A stretch of DNA of 64,000 nt from Escherichia coli (GTDB lineage: Bacteria > Pseudomonadota > Gammaproteobacteria > Enterobacterales > Enterobacteriaceae), in NCBI RefSeq assembly GCF_024223415.1, contig NZ_CP100500.1. One strand, written 5' to 3'. Made by a program: the position numbers and the translations under genes. The notes under the pieces were generated by a model. The model did not search any database. It was not told the DNA's origin and saw only the letters and a program-made list of their open reading frames with translations. Positions 11,564 to 27,941 of this stretch are shown piece by piece (position 1 is the first letter of the stretch; each line of letters starts with the position of its first letter).

Positions 11564-12898
11564 TTACTCTTCTGTCGTTTGCGGTGGCACGCCCGTTCCG
11601 CTTGGTTTACGGCGCTTACCAATATTTTTGGTATCGCGATGGCGTTTTTTCACCCGCGGCTTCTCTTTCTCTTTAGCTTTTTTCTTCTCGGCGCGTTTTG
11701 CCAGTACTTTCTTCGATGGCTTGCCGGTCTGCTTCTCGCTTGGTGCACGCGTTTTCGGGCGTAACTCATCAATTACGCGAGCTTTAATTGGCTCTTCAAT
11801 ATAGCGACCAACTTTGCCCAGCAGCAGATGGTCATGGGCTTCTACCAGCGAAATTGCGGTGCCTTTACGACCGGCGCGCGCGGTACGTCCGATACGGTGC
11901 AAATAAGTATCGCCACTGCGCGGCATATCGAAGTTAAAGACGTGGCTGACGTCAGGAATGTCGATACCGCGCGCAGCAACATCGGTTGCAACCAGTACGT
12001 TTACGCGACCTTCGGTCAAACGCTTGATCGCTTCGTTACGCTTGCCTTGTACCATCTCACCTTCGAGATAGCAGTTGTTGATGCCCGCTTCGCGCAGCCA
12101 GTTTGCCAGCTCATGCACACGTTCACGCTTACGCACAAACACAATTGAGCGGGTCGCTTCCGGCTGTTTTAACAGATGCACCAGCAACGCGGTTTTATGC
12201 TCAAGATCATCGGCGCGGTAATACCACTGATGAATTTTTTTGCGCTCACGGGTGGACGGATTGGCAGAAACTTCCACCGGATCTTCCAGCAGACGCTCGG
12301 CAAAGTCCTGAATCGCATCGCCTTCCAGAGTTGCCGAAAAGAGCAGGGTCTGTTTACGCCAGCGCGTTTCGCCAGCAATATGTTCGATATCCTGAGCGAA
12401 GCCCATATCCAGCATACGGTCTGCTTCGTCGAGGATCAGCGTTTCAACCGCGCGGCAATCGAAGTTCTCTTCTTTTATGTATTGCAGCAGACGTCCGGTC
12501 GTGGCGACCACGATGTCCTGATTTTCGCTGAACACTTCCGCGTGGTTCATATAGGCTACGCCGCCGGTGATGGTGGCGATATCCAGATGCGTATGTTTCG
12601 CCAGTTCGCGGGCATGATCGGCCACCTGCATCGCCAGCTCGCGAGTTGGGGTGAGGATCAAAATACGCGGCGGACCGGATTTCTTACGCGGGAAATCGAG
12701 CAGGTGCTGCAACGCTGGCAGCAGATACGCCGCCGTTTTACCGGTGCCTGTCGGCGCAGAACCGAGTACATCACGGCCATCGAGCGCAGGCGGAATGGCG
12801 GCAGCCTGAATGGCGGTCGGGCGAGTGAAACCTTTATCCTGGAGGGCTTCCAGCAGGCTTTCGTCGAGTTCAAGTTCGGAAAAAGTCGTTACAGTCAT
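11564..12898 (-). CDS. srmB: DEAD-box RNA helicase
   Basis: 444 aa with AxTGTGKT, DEAD ([10 protein letters not shown]), SAT and HRIGRTAR motifs and a basic C-terminal tail. Confidence 0.95.
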   Translation of the reverse strand: MTVTTFSELELDESLLEALQDKGFTRPTAIQAAAIPPALDGRDVLGSAPTGTGKTAAYLLPALQHLLDFPRKKSGPPRILILTPTRELAMQVADHARELAKHTHLDIATITGGVAYMNHAEVFSENQDIVVATTGRLLQYIKEENFDCRAVETLILDEADRMLDMGFAQDIEHIAGETRWRKQTLLFSATLEGDAIQDFAERLLEDPVEVSANPSTRERKKIHQWYYRADDLEHKTALLVHLLKQPEATRSIVFVRKRERVHELANWLREAGINNCYLEGEMVQGKRNEAIKRLTEGRVNVLVATDVAARGIDIPDVSHVFNFDMPRSGDTYLHRIGRTARAGRKGTAISLVEAHDHLLLGKVGRYIEEPIKARVIDELRPKTRAPSEKQTGKPSKKVLAKRAEKKKAKEKEKPRVKKRHRDTKNIGKRRKPSGTGVPPQTTEE

Positions 12899-13029
12899 GT
12901 TCTACCTCTGTGTGGGGCGCTGATTATAGACGTTACGGCTGCAATCTTCATCTGTTTGTATGGATATCGCTTCTCGGGTATTGTTCTCACCCGGTGCTAT
13001 CGCCGTTTTTCCTGCAAGGTTTTATTTTC

Positions 13030-15383
<2,354 letters not shown>

Positions 15384-15671
15384 TTAATTTACTAAACATG
15401 GTTTGGTCAGCATAGCATCATGTTGTGCGAATAAACACCTGCTATTTTAATATTTGTTACAGTGGCTAAACACGCTGACGCAGGGCGGCGAGAAAAAGAG
15501 AAGTTACTGGCTGGTGGAGGATTAGGTGGTGAAATAAAAAGGCCGTTGGGTTACTCTTCAGGCAGTTAAATGGGCATTTCTACACAGATAATGCGATGTT
15601 CAGATTCTGTAGACTTATAATGATAGATAATGATCCGTCTACAGCATGACAAACAAAAACAGATGCGTTAC

Positions 15672-15699
15672 GGAACTTTACAAAAACGAGACACTCTAA
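15672..15699 (+). promoter_or_regulatory. sigma-E-dependent promoter upstream of rpoE
   Basis: GGAACTT (15672-15678), a 16-nt spacer, then TCTAA (15695-15699) match the sigma-E consensus about 85 nt upstream of the rpoE ATG. Confidence 0.75.
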
Positions 15700-15781
15700 C
15701 CCTTTGCTTGCTCAAATTGCAGCTAATGGAGTGGCGTTTCGATAGCGCGTGGAAATTTGGTTTGGGGAGACTTTACCTCGG

Positions 15782-16357
15782 ATGAGCGAGCAGTTAACGG
15801 ACCAGGTCCTGGTTGAACGGGTCCAGAAGGGAGATCAGAAAGCCTTTAACTTACTGGTAGTGCGCTATCAGCATAAAGTGGCGAGTCTGGTTTCCCGCTA
15901 TGTGCCGTCGGGTGATGTTCCCGATGTGGTACAAGAAGCTTTTATTAAAGCCTATCGTGCGCTGGATTCGTTCCGGGGAGATAGCGCTTTTTATACATGG
16001 CTGTATCGGATTGCTGTAAATACAGCGAAAAATTACCTGGTTGCTCAGGGGCGTCGTCCACCTTCCAGTGATGTGGATGCCATTGAAGCTGAAAACTTCG
16101 AAAGTGGCGGCGCGTTGAAAGAAATTTCGAACCCTGAGAACTTAATGTTGTCAGAAGAACTGAGACAGATAGTTTTCCGAACTATTGAGTCCCTCCCGGA
16201 AGATTTACGCATGGCAATAACCTTGCGGGAGCTGGATGGCCTGAGCTATGAAGAGATAGCCGCTATCATGGATTGTCCGGTAGGTACGGTGCGTTCACGT
16301 ATCTTCCGAGCGAGGGAAGCTATTGATAACAAAGTTCAACCGCTTATCAGGCGTTGA
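15782..16357 (+). CDS. rpoE: ECF sigma factor sigma-E
   Basis: ATG at 15782 gives MSEQLTDQVLVERVQKGDQ... (191 aa). Confidence 0.97.
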   Translation: MSEQLTDQVLVERVQKGDQKAFNLLVVRYQHKVASLVSRYVPSGDVPDVVQEAFIKAYRALDSFRGDSAFYTWLYRIAVNTAKNYLVAQGRRPPSSDVDAIEAENFESGGALKEISNPENLMLSEELRQIVFRTIESLPEDLRMAITLRELDGLSYEEIAAIMDCPVGTVRSRIFRAREAIDNKVQPLIRR

Positions 16358-16389
16358 CGATAGCGGGATACTGGATAAGGGTATTAGGC

Positions 16390-17040
16390 ATGCAGAAAGA
16401 ACAACTTTCCGCTTTAATGGATGGCGAAACGCTGGATAGTGAGCTGCTTAACGAACTGGCTCATAACCCAGAAATGCAGAAAACCTGGGAAAGCTATCAC
16501 TTAATCCGTGACTCAATGCGGGGTGATACTCCCGAGGTGCTCCATTTCGATATCTCTTCACGCGTGATGGCCGCCATTGAAGAAGAGCCAGTACGTCAAC
16601 CGGCGACATTGATCCCGGAAGCCCAGCCTGCGCCGCATCAATGGCAGAAAATGCCATTCTGGCAGAAAGTACGTCCGTGGGCGGCACAGCTTACCCAAAT
16701 GGGCGTAGCCGCATGCGTATCGCTTGCAGTTATCGTTGGCGTCCAGCACTATAATGGACAATCTGAAACGTCCCAGCAGCCCGAAACGCCGGTATTTAAT
16801 ACACTGCCGATGATGGGTAAAGCCAGCCCGGTTAGCCTGGGAGTACCTTCTGAAGCGACCGCAAATAATGGTCAACAGCAGCAGGTACAGGAGCAGCGTC
16901 GTCGCATTAATGCAATGTTGCAGGATTACGAACTGCAACGCCGACTCCACTCTGAACAGCTTCAGTTTGAGCAGGCGCAAACCCAGCAAGCCGCTGTACA
17001 GGTGCCAGGAATTCAAACTTTAGGAACGCAATCGCAGTAA
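16390..17040 (+). CDS. rseA: anti-sigma-E factor
   Basis: ATG at 16390 gives MQKEQLSALMDGE.... Central TM segment and Q-rich C-terminus. Confidence 0.95.
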   Translation: MQKEQLSALMDGETLDSELLNELAHNPEMQKTWESYHLIRDSMRGDTPEVLHFDISSRVMAAIEEEPVRQPATLIPEAQPAPHQWQKMPFWQKVRPWAAQLTQMGVAACVSLAVIVGVQHYNGQSETSQQPETPVFNTLPMMGKASPVSLGVPSEATANNGQQQQVQEQRRRINAMLQDYELQRRLHSEQLQFEQAQTQQAAVQVPGIQTLGTQSQ

Positions 17041-17996
17041 TGAAGCAACTTTGGTTTGCCATGTCATTAGTGACAGGTAGCCTGTTATTCTCTGCTAACG
17101 CCTCGGCCACTCCCGCGTCCGGGGCGTTATTACAGCAGATGAACCTGGCCAGTCAGTCACTGAATTACGAGCTGTCATTCATCAGCATCAATAAACAGGG
17201 TGTTGAGTCTCTGCGTTATCGACATGCACGCCTCGATAACCGTCCTCTTGCACAATTGTTGCAAATGGATGGCCCGCGCCGGGAAGTGGTACAGCGCGGC
17301 AATGAAATCAGCTATTTTGAACCGGGACTTGAACCGTTCACGCTTAATGGCGATTACATTGTTGATTCTCTGCCATCGCTCATTTATACCGATTTCAAAC
17401 GCCTTTCTCCTTACTACGACTTTATCTCCGTCGGGCGCACGCGTATTGCTGATCGTCTTTGCGAAGTCATTCGCGTGGTTGCCCGAGATGGTACACGCTA
17501 CAGCTACATCGTGTGGATGGACACCGAATCGAAATTACCGATGCGGGTTGATCTTCTTGATCGCGATGGTGAAACGCTGGAACAATTTCGCGTGATTGCT
17601 TTTAACGTCAATCAGGATATCAGCAGCAGTATGCAGACGCTGGCGAAGGCAAATTTGCCGCCGTTGCTTTCTGTTCCTGTAGGTGAAAAAGCTAAATTCA
17701 GCTGGACGCCAACCTGGTTGCCACAGGGTTTTAGCGAAGTTTCCAGTAGTCGACGTCCGCTACCGACGATGGACAACATGCCTATCGAATCACGTCTCTA
17801 TTCCGACGGATTATTCAGCTTCTCGGTAAACGTTAACCGCGCTACGCCATCGAGCACCGATCAGATGTTGCGCACCGGACGCAGAACCGTCAGTACAAGC
17901 GTACGTGATAACGCCGAAATCACCATTGTCGGTGAACTGCCGCCGCAAACGGCGAAACGCATTGCCGAGAATATTAAGTTCGGGGCAGCGCAATGA
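17040..17996 (+). CDS. rseB: sigma-E regulatory protein RseB
   Basis: 318 aa with a signal peptide, start overlapping the rseA stop; recognised by sequence and synteny. Confidence 0.95.
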   Translation: MKQLWFAMSLVTGSLLFSANASATPASGALLQQMNLASQSLNYELSFISINKQGVESLRYRHARLDNRPLAQLLQMDGPRREVVQRGNEISYFEPGLEPFTLNGDYIVDSLPSLIYTDFKRLSPYYDFISVGRTRIADRLCEVIRVVARDGTRYSYIVWMDTESKLPMRVDLLDRDGETLEQFRVIAFNVNQDISSSMQTLAKANLPPLLSVPVGEKAKFSWTPTWLPQGFSEVSSSRRPLPTMDNMPIESRLYSDGLFSFSVNVNRATPSSTDQMLRTGRRTVSTSVRDNAEITIVGELPPQTAKRIAENIKFGAAQ

Positions 17997-18472
17997 TCAA
18001 AGAGTGGGCTACCGTCGTCTCCTGGCAAAACGGGCAGGCGCTGGTCAGTTGTGATGTTAAAGCCTCATGCAGCAGCTGCGCTTCACGCGCCGGTTGCGGT
18101 AGCCGCGTGTTGAATAAACTTGGCCCGCAAACCACGCATACCATTGTCGTACCCTGTGATGAGCCGTTAGTGCCGGGGCAAAAAGTGGAATTGGGGATCG
18201 CCGAAGGCAGCCTGCTTAGCTCCGCATTACTGGTTTATATGTCGCCGCTGGTGGGATTATTCCTCATCGCTTCGCTATTTCAGCTACTCTTTGCTTCTGA
18301 CGTCGCAGCATTATGTGGTGCGGTCCTCGGCGGTATTGGCGGGTTCCTGATTGCGCGTGGCTACTCGCGTAAGTTTGCTGCCCGGGCAGAATGGCAACCG
18401 ATCATCTTAAGCGTGGCATTGCCGCCTGGCCTTGTGCGATTTGAAACATCTTCGGAAGACGCGAGCCAGTGA
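17993..18472 (+). CDS. rseC: RseC/SoxR-reducing system protein
   Basis: 159 aa with an N-terminal Cys cluster and two TM segments. Overlapping ATGA junction with rseB. Confidence 0.92.
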   Translation: MIKEWATVVSWQNGQALVSCDVKASCSSCASRAGCGSRVLNKLGPQTTHTIVVPCDEPLVPGQKVELGIAEGSLLSSALLVYMSPLVGLFLIASLFQLLFASDVAALCGAVLGGIGGFLIARGYSRKFAARAEWQPIILSVALPPGLVRFETSSEDASQ

Positions 18473-18669
18473 TTTCACTGGCTTTGTTGCATTTTGCATA
18501 ACAAATGCGAGGACGTTTCCAGATACCACAATCCATACGGTATGAACATTTCCTCGCCTCAATGTTGTAGTGTAGAATGCGGCGTTTCTATTAATACAGA
18601 CGTTAAGCTCAGAACAGCGACTTCTAAAAGCCTGGTTAACCGGGCATTAAGGCACAATAATCATACTTT

Positions 18670-20469
<1,800 letters not shown>

Positions 20470-20484
20470 CCCTTAGGAGTTGGC

Positions 20485-21459
20485 ATGGCGAATATGTTTG
20501 CCCTGATTCTGGTGATTGCCACACTGGTGACGGGCATTTTATGGTGCGTGGATAAATTCTTTTTCGCACCTAAACGGCGGGAACGTCAGGCAGCGGCGCA
20601 GGCGGCTGCCGGTGACTCACTGGATAAAGCAACGTTGAAAAAGGTTGCGCCGAAGCCTGGCTGGCTGGAAACCGGTGCTTCTGTTTTTCCGGTACTGGCT
20701 ATCGTATTGATTGTGCGTTCGTTTATTTATGAACCGTTCCAGATCCCGTCAGGTTCGATGATGCCGACTCTGTTAATCGGTGATTTTATTCTGGTAGAGA
20801 AGTTTGCTTATGGCATTAAAGATCCTATCTACCAGAAAACGCTGATCGAAACCGGTCATCCGAAACGCGGCGATATCGTGGTCTTTAAATATCCGGAAGA
20901 TCCAAAGCTTGATTACATCAAGCGCGCGGTGGGTTTACCGGGCGATAAAGTCACTTACGATCCGGTCTCAAAAGAGCTGACGATTCAACCGGGATGCAGT
21001 TCCGGCCAGGCGTGTGAAAACGCGCTGCCGGTCACCTACTCAAACGTGGAACCGAGCGATTTCGTTCAGACCTTCTCACGCCGTAATGGTGGGGAAGCGA
21101 CCAGCGGATTCTTTGAAGTGCCGAAAAACGAAACCAAAGAAAATGGAATTCGTCTTTCCGAGCGTAAAGAGACACTGGGTGATGTGACGCACCGCATTCT
21201 GACAGTGCCGATTGCGCAGGATCAGGTGGGGATGTATTACCAGCAGCCAGGGCAACAACTGGCAACCTGGATTGTTCCGCCGGGACAATACTTCATGATG
21301 GGCGACAACCGCGACAACAGCGCGGACAGCCGTTACTGGGGTTTTGTGCCTGAAGCGAATCTGGTCGGTCGGGCAACGGCTATCTGGATGAGCTTCGATA
21401 AGCAAGAAGGCGAATGGCCGACAGGTGTGCGCTTAAGTCGCATTGGCGGCATCCATTAA
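20485..21459 (+). CDS. lepB: signal peptidase I
   Basis: 324 aa with the catalytic SGSMMPTL serine motif and GDNRDNSADSRYWG box. Confidence 0.97.
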   Translation: MANMFALILVIATLVTGILWCVDKFFFAPKRRERQAAAQAAAGDSLDKATLKKVAPKPGWLETGASVFPVLAIVLIVRSFIYEPFQIPSGSMMPTLLIGDFILVEKFAYGIKDPIYQKTLIETGHPKRGDIVVFKYPEDPKLDYIKRAVGLPGDKVTYDPVSKELTIQPGCSSGQACENALPVTYSNVEPSDFVQTFSRRNGGEATSGFFEVPKNETKENGIRLSERKETLGDVTHRILTVPIAQDQVGMYYQQPGQQLATWIVPPGQYFMMGDNRDNSADSRYWGFVPEANLVGRATAIWMSFDKQEGEWPTGVRLSRIGGIH

Positions 21460-21473
21460 TAGCCATCTTCGTT

Positions 21474-21502
21474 CACGTTGTCGCCGTTATGGCGACAACG
21501 TG
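21474..21502 (+). terminator. lepB terminator hairpin
   Basis: 12-bp perfect stem cacgttgtcgcc/ggcgacaacgtg with a short loop, followed by an AT-rich tail. Confidence 0.6.
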
Positions 21503-21603
21503 AATTATTTATGAGATAAATCTCCCGTGGCTAACGACATCCCCCGTCGTTGTGTATAGAATATTCCCCCGAAGTTTAAGGTTGGCACCTCCAGGTTGCC
21601 ACG

Positions 21604-21696
21604 GCACACGAAACAGCGTTGGTCCCCATATACCGCTAAACTGAAACTGCAGCGAAGCAGTTAGCAGAGCCATGTATATCAGGTCTGTTTCGTGTG
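21604..21696 (+). promoter_or_regulatory. long hairpin in the rnc 5' leader (candidate RNase III autoregulatory site)
   Basis: gcacacgaaacag (21604-) pairs with ctgtttcgtgtgc (-21696). The rnc leader is known to be cut by RNase III; exact cleavage sites cannot be read from sequence. Confidence 0.5.
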
Positions 21697-21700
21697 CTGA

Positions 21701-23313
<1,613 letters not shown>

Positions 23314-23324
23314 GAGTAACTCCG

Positions 23325-24053
23325 ATGGAAGGCTGGCAGCGCGCATTTGTCCTGCATAGTCGCCCGTGGAGCGAAACCAGCCTGATGCTGGACGTCTTCA
23401 CGGAGGAATCGGGGCGCGTGCGTCTGGTTGCCAAAGGCGCACGCTCTAAACGCTCTACCCTGAAAGGTGCATTACAGCCTTTCACCCCTCTCTTGCTACG
23501 TTTTGGCGGGCGTGGCGAAGTCAAAACGCTGCGCAGTGCTGAAGCCGTCTCGCTGGCGCTGCCATTAAGCGGTATCACGCTTTACAGCGGTCTGTACATC
23601 AACGAACTTCTCTCCCGCGTACTGGAATACGAGACGCGCTTCTCTGAACTCTTTTTCGATTACTTGCACTGCATTCAGTCTCTTGCAGGGGGCACTGGTA
23701 CGCCAGAACCCGCGCTGCGCCGCTTTGAACTGGCACTGCTCGGGCATCTGGGTTATGGCGTCAATTTTACCCATTGTGCGGGTAGCGGCGAGCCGGTAGA
23801 TGACACCATGACGTATCGTTATCGCGAAGAAAAAGGGTTTATCGCAAGCGTCGTTATCGACAATAAAACGTTCACCGGAAGGCAGTTAAAAGCGTTAAAC
23901 GCACGGGAATTTCCTGACGCAGACACACTGCGCGCCGCGAAACGCTTTACCCGCATGGCGCTTAAGCCGTATCTTGGCGGTAAACCTTTAAAGAGCAGGG
24001 AACTGTTCCGGCAATTTATGCCTAAGCGAACGGTGAAAACACATTATGAATGA
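23325..24053 (+). CDS. recO: DNA repair protein RecO
   Basis: 242 aa recognised by sequence and rnc-era-recO synteny. Confidence 0.95.
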   Translation: MEGWQRAFVLHSRPWSETSLMLDVFTEESGRVRLVAKGARSKRSTLKGALQPFTPLLLRFGGRGEVKTLRSAEAVSLALPLSGITLYSGLYINELLSRVLEYETRFSELFFDYLHCIQSLAGGTGTPEPALRRFELALLGHLGYGVNFTHCAGSGEPVDDTMTYRYREEKGFIASVVIDNKTFTGRQLKALNAREFPDADTLRAAKRFTRMALKPYLGGKPLKSRELFRQFMPKRTVKTHYE

Positions 24054-24064
24054 TGAGGATTGTC

Positions 24065-24796
24065 ATGGCTGAATTACTGTTAGGCGTCAACATTGACCAT
24101 ATCGCTACGCTGCGCAACGCGCGCGGTACCGCTTACCCGGATCCGGTGCAGGCCGCGTTTATTGCCGAGCAGGCGGGGGCGGACGGCATTACCGTGCATT
24201 TACGTGAAGATCGCCGCCACATTACTGACCGCGATGTGCGCATCCTGCGTCAGACGCTGGATACCCGCATGAATCTGGAGATGGCGGTGACCGAAGAGAT
24301 GCTGGCGATCGCGGTTGAGACGAAGCCGCATTTTTGCTGCCTGGTACCAGAAAAGCGTCAGGAAGTAACAACCGAAGGCGGCCTGGACGTTGCAGGGCAG
24401 CGTGACAAAATGCGCGATGCCTGCAAACGTCTGGCGGATGCCGGGATTCAGGTTTCTCTGTTTATCGACGCCGATGAAGAGCAGATCAAAGCTGCGGCAG
24501 AGGTTGGCGCACCGTTTATCGAGATCCACACCGGTTGCTATGCTGATGCCAAAACTGACGCCGAACAGGCGCAAGAGCTGGCGCGTATCGCCAAAGCCGC
24601 GACCTTTGCCGCTAGTCTCGGTTTGAAAGTTAACGCTGGACACGGTCTGACCTATCACAACGTAAAAGCCATTGCCGCCATCCCTGAGATGCACGAACTG
24701 AATATCGGTCATGCCATTATTGGTCGTGCAGTGATGACCGGACTGAAAGATGCGGTGGCAGAAATGAAGCGCCTGATGCTGGAAGCGCGTGGCTAA
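24065..24796 (+). CDS. pdxJ: pyridoxine 5'-phosphate synthase
   Basis: ATG at 24065 gives [21 protein letters not shown]... (243 aa). Confidence 0.95.
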
Positions 24797-25176
24797 TGGC
24801 AATATTAGGTTTAGGCACGGATATCGTAGAGATCGCTCGCATAGAAGCAGTGATCGCCCGATCCGGTGAGCGCCTGGCACGCCGCGTATTAAGCGATAAC
24901 GAATGGGAAATTTGGAAAACGCACCACCAGCCGGTGCGTTTTCTGGCGAAACGCTTTGCCGTAAAAGAAGCCGCAGCAAAAGCGTTTGGCACCGGGATCC
25001 GCAATGGTCTGGCGTTTAATCAGTTTGAAGTATTTAACGATGAGCTTGGTAAGCCACGGCTGCGACTGTGGGGCGAGGCATTAAAACTGGCGGAAAAGCT
25101 GGGCGTTGCAAATATGCATGTGACGCTGGCCGATGAGCGCCACTATGCTTGCGCCACGGTAATTATTGAAAGTTAA
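24796..25176 (+). CDS. acpS: holo-ACP synthase
   Basis: 126 aa starting [13 protein letters not shown].... Confidence 0.95.
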
Positions 25177-25202
25177 AAATAATACCGTTCTCTTTAAAAA
25201 GT

Positions 25203-25235
25203 AAAACCCCCGAACTGGTAAGGAACGGGGGTTTT
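25203..25235. terminator. acpS terminator hairpin
   Basis: aaaacccccg...cgggggtttt stem. A near-copy occurs in the prophage at 32499-32533. Confidence 0.65.
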
Positions 25236-25244
25236 ACTTTGTAA

Positions 25245-25305
25245 CTTTAATTTAGTGCAGCACGCACCCTCAACAACAGCGATTATGGATCAGGGTAGTT
25301 ATCTT
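25245..25305 (-). ncRNA. ohsC: candidate OhsC antitoxin sRNA (ends approximate)
   Basis: 22 nt at 25255-25276 (gtgcagcacgcaccctcaacaa) recur with 2 mismatches at 25503-25524 in the shoB leader. A minus-strand RNA over the first copy would pair with the leader, which fits the published divergent ShoB/OhsC layout. Confidence 0.35.
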
Positions 25306-25596
25306 TTACAAGCAACTTGCAATCTTTATCATAAAAACTCGAGCCTTTACGAAGAAAGCGATATTGATGGCAAGATTAACGTGACCGCCAATTCGTAAGT
25401 ACATTAAAATTGGTTTCGTTATTGGCGATTTTGCTGTGCTTTACACCATGCCACAGAATTCCCCCATTGAAACGAGTGGTGTCGTCAAAGCTCTGGTGTG
25501 GAGTGCAGCATGCACCCTCAATAACTCGCACGTTCAGTTTTGGGGAGATGTAAGGGCTAATCTGAACGGCTGCATTCCTTGTTTAAGGAAAAACGA

Positions 25597-25677
25597 ATGA
25601 CTGATTGCCGATACCTTATTAAACGGGCCATTAAAATCATCATTGCTGTTTTACAGCTGATCCTTCTGTTCTTATAA
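25597..25677 (+). CDS. shoB: type I toxin ShoB (26-aa hydrophobic peptide)
   Basis: Absent from the ORF track because it is too short. AAGGA RBS, then ATG, giving MTDCRYLIKRAIKIIIAVLQLILLFL. Matches recalled ShoB with one substitution. Confidence 0.85.
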   Translation: MTDCRYLIKRAIKIIIAVLQLILLFL

Positions 25678-25871
25678 CACAAGGAAACGTACTTAAGGTG
25701 CGTCCGGTGAACCAGTCGAACGCACCTTTAATAACTATAAATAAGTGTCTGGGCAGATACTATATAAATTAACTTAGTGAATGTTTGTGCTAATAATCAT
25801 CAATTAAATAAATATAATAGCGTTAAGGTTTCCCTATAAAATAATTAATACTCTACTTCAGGAGCAGAATA

Positions 25872-26141
<270 letters not shown>

Positions 26142-26346
26142 TTACCGTTAAATCATTTTAAAATCAGTAAGTTGTATCGAGTTTGTATGCTTTACTGTCA
26201 TTAACTTACTGTATGTTGATCCAGTGTATTTAACCTTGATAAACTCAGTCCAGCAACACAAAACCGCAACACATTGCATTTTGTCCCGTAGAAAAGACTT
26301 GTATGTGTGAGCTTGTTTTCTGCGCCTACGCAGATAAGGATTGAGA

Positions 26347-27744
26347 ATGCCGCGCACTGTAACACATAATCCGGATAGCCCCAATAATGACGATGTTTTA
26401 GCCGCTTCTGAAAAATGGGACGCCTGTAAACCCCCCTATACCAGCGCACACATGAAAATCTGTGTTGCTGCCGCCAAAATCATCCTCGCTGCTTCCGGCG
26501 TGGCTCGCCGTTCCAAATACGAAAAAGAGAACTATCTCCGTATCGATTTCAGCAAAGCCGGTAAGGTTACATTTTACGCCGAGTTTCCAAAAAAGATGGG
26601 CCTCAAAGGTAAAAAGCTCGGCGAGTGGCCGGAGCTCGCTATCCAGCTGGCGCGCGAAAAAGCACTAGGTATGGCTGACGGTGGACTGCGGGCAGAGTCC
26701 GTACATGCAGCGCTGGAAATGTACCGGGATGACCTCAAAGCCAAAGTAGCCCGTCAGAAGCTGAGCCCGGACAGTTTCACAACCTATGGGGTGCGTATCG
26801 ACCGGATTAAATCAACGTTCGGCGAGCGCGAGGTGTTCAGCGACGTAACATACAGTCGGCTGGTGGAAGTGCTGGACGAGTGGATCGCCACTCGCTCGAA
26901 CAATAACGCCCTGGAGTTGTTTGCCGAGCTCCGTCGGTTCTGGAAGTTCTGCGCACCTACTCTTTGCAACGGCCGCAATGTTGCCGCCAGTCTGCCAGAT
27001 GATTATGTTTCCTCCCGCGTACAGAAACCCACCCCCACACGGCTTTTTACCGATATTGAGTCAATCGCCCGGCTCTGGCTCAATGTTGCCGCCTGCACCT
27101 CTGTACACCAGAAGAATGCTGTTCGCTTCATGATCATCACCGGAGTTCGTCCGATTAATGTCCATAACCTGCGCTGGGACTACGTTCACGAGGAGGTTGG
27201 TGAAATTGTTTATCCGGAAGGGGTTATCGGCATGCGAGGGGCTATGAAAACACAAAAGGCTTTCCGCCTGCCGATAACGCCTGAGATCCGGCGGATTATC
27301 GACGAGCAGAAAGCCTGGCGTGATTCAGTTCCTGAGTGCAACAGGGATTATGTATTTTTGCAGCCACGTGATCCAATGCAGCCATTTTCAAAACGATCAC
27401 TGGATAAGCTGGTGAAAACATACAGCCCGGACGGGGCTGTAAAAGGAATAAAACATGATGGGACTGTTAAAGGGAAAGACGGTGCATTTAATACGATGTG
27501 CCGTAAATTCCTTAAGAGCAATGTTATTGCCTTGATGAAGGAAAGAGGCTATTCCCGATCAGACCGAAGGGAAATCAGCCTCCTTTGCCTTCACCACTCC
27601 AGCAAGTCAGATGACCCGATGGCAGAACATTACGACTTTTCTGATGAGATTTTACAGGAAGAGATTGCGTTAAAGCGCGAAGCTTTCGAGGCTCACGAGC
27701 GGAGCATACTTGCGCAGGTGGCATTGCTACGGCGGCGAGGTTAA
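26347..27744 (+). CDS. int: tyrosine integrase (P4-like, N-terminal arm-binding-type domain)
   Basis: ORF 26341..27744. ATG at 26347 after AAGGA (a later start at 26453 is possible). C-terminal catalytic region with R (HNLRWDY), LCLHHS and AEHY tyrosine. Confidence 0.85.
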   Translation: MPRTVTHNPDSPNNDDVLAASEKWDACKPPYTSAHMKICVAAAKIILAASGVARRSKYEKENYLRIDFSKAGKVTFYAEFPKKMGLKGKKLGEWPELAIQLAREKALGMADGGLRAESVHAALEMYRDDLKAKVARQKLSPDSFTTYGVRIDRIKSTFGEREVFSDVTYSRLVEVLDEWIATRSNNNALELFAELRRFWKFCAPTLCNGRNVAASLPDDYVSSRVQKPTPTRLFTDIESIARLWLNVAACTSVHQKNAVRFMIITGVRPINVHNLRWDYVHEEVGEIVYPEGVIGMRGAMKTQKAFRLPITPEIRRIIDEQKAWRDSVPECNRDYVFLQPRDPMQPFSKRSLDKLVKTYSPDGAVKGIKHDGTVKGKDGAFNTMCRKFLKSNVIALMKERGYSRSDRREISLLCLHHSSKSDDPMAEHYDFSDEILQEEIALKREAFEAHERSILAQVALLRRRG

Positions 27745-27941
27745 TACCGGCTGCGACACTTTTGAATAAAAGCGTCGACATTGCGGCGCTCATAACGAAC
27801 TACTTTTGCACTGAAACGAATTGGTGCCAGGATAGCCCGATGACGATGCTTAATATTCCACTCACATAGCGTTTTCTGTGTAATACCTAACTTTTGGCAT
27901 ACTTCATCCGGGGTGAGTAAATCGTCGGGTTTCTCGCTCAT
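27741..27941 (-). CDS. xis: excisionase/AlpA-like HTH protein
   Basis: The internal ATG of ORF 27741..28139 gives a 66-aa protein, MSEKPDDLLTPDEVCQKLGITQKTLCEW.... Its ATG overlaps the helicase TGA (ATGA). Confidence 0.7.
   Translation of the reverse strand: MSEKPDDLLTPDEVCQKLGITQKTLCEWNIKHRHRAILAPIRFSAKVVRYERRNVDAFIQKCRSRY

Noticed and set aside
24200-24979. 259-aa ORF on the minus strand.
   Set aside because: Antisense to pdxJ and acpS, both recognised confidently. A shadow ORF.
26148-26449. ORFs 26148..26384 (78 aa) and 26201..26449 (82 aa) at the chromosome-prophage junction.
   Set aside because: They overlap the integrase 5' region on the opposite strand, have no RBS, and straddle the presumed attL. 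At most they contain a remnant of a disrupted neighbouring gene.
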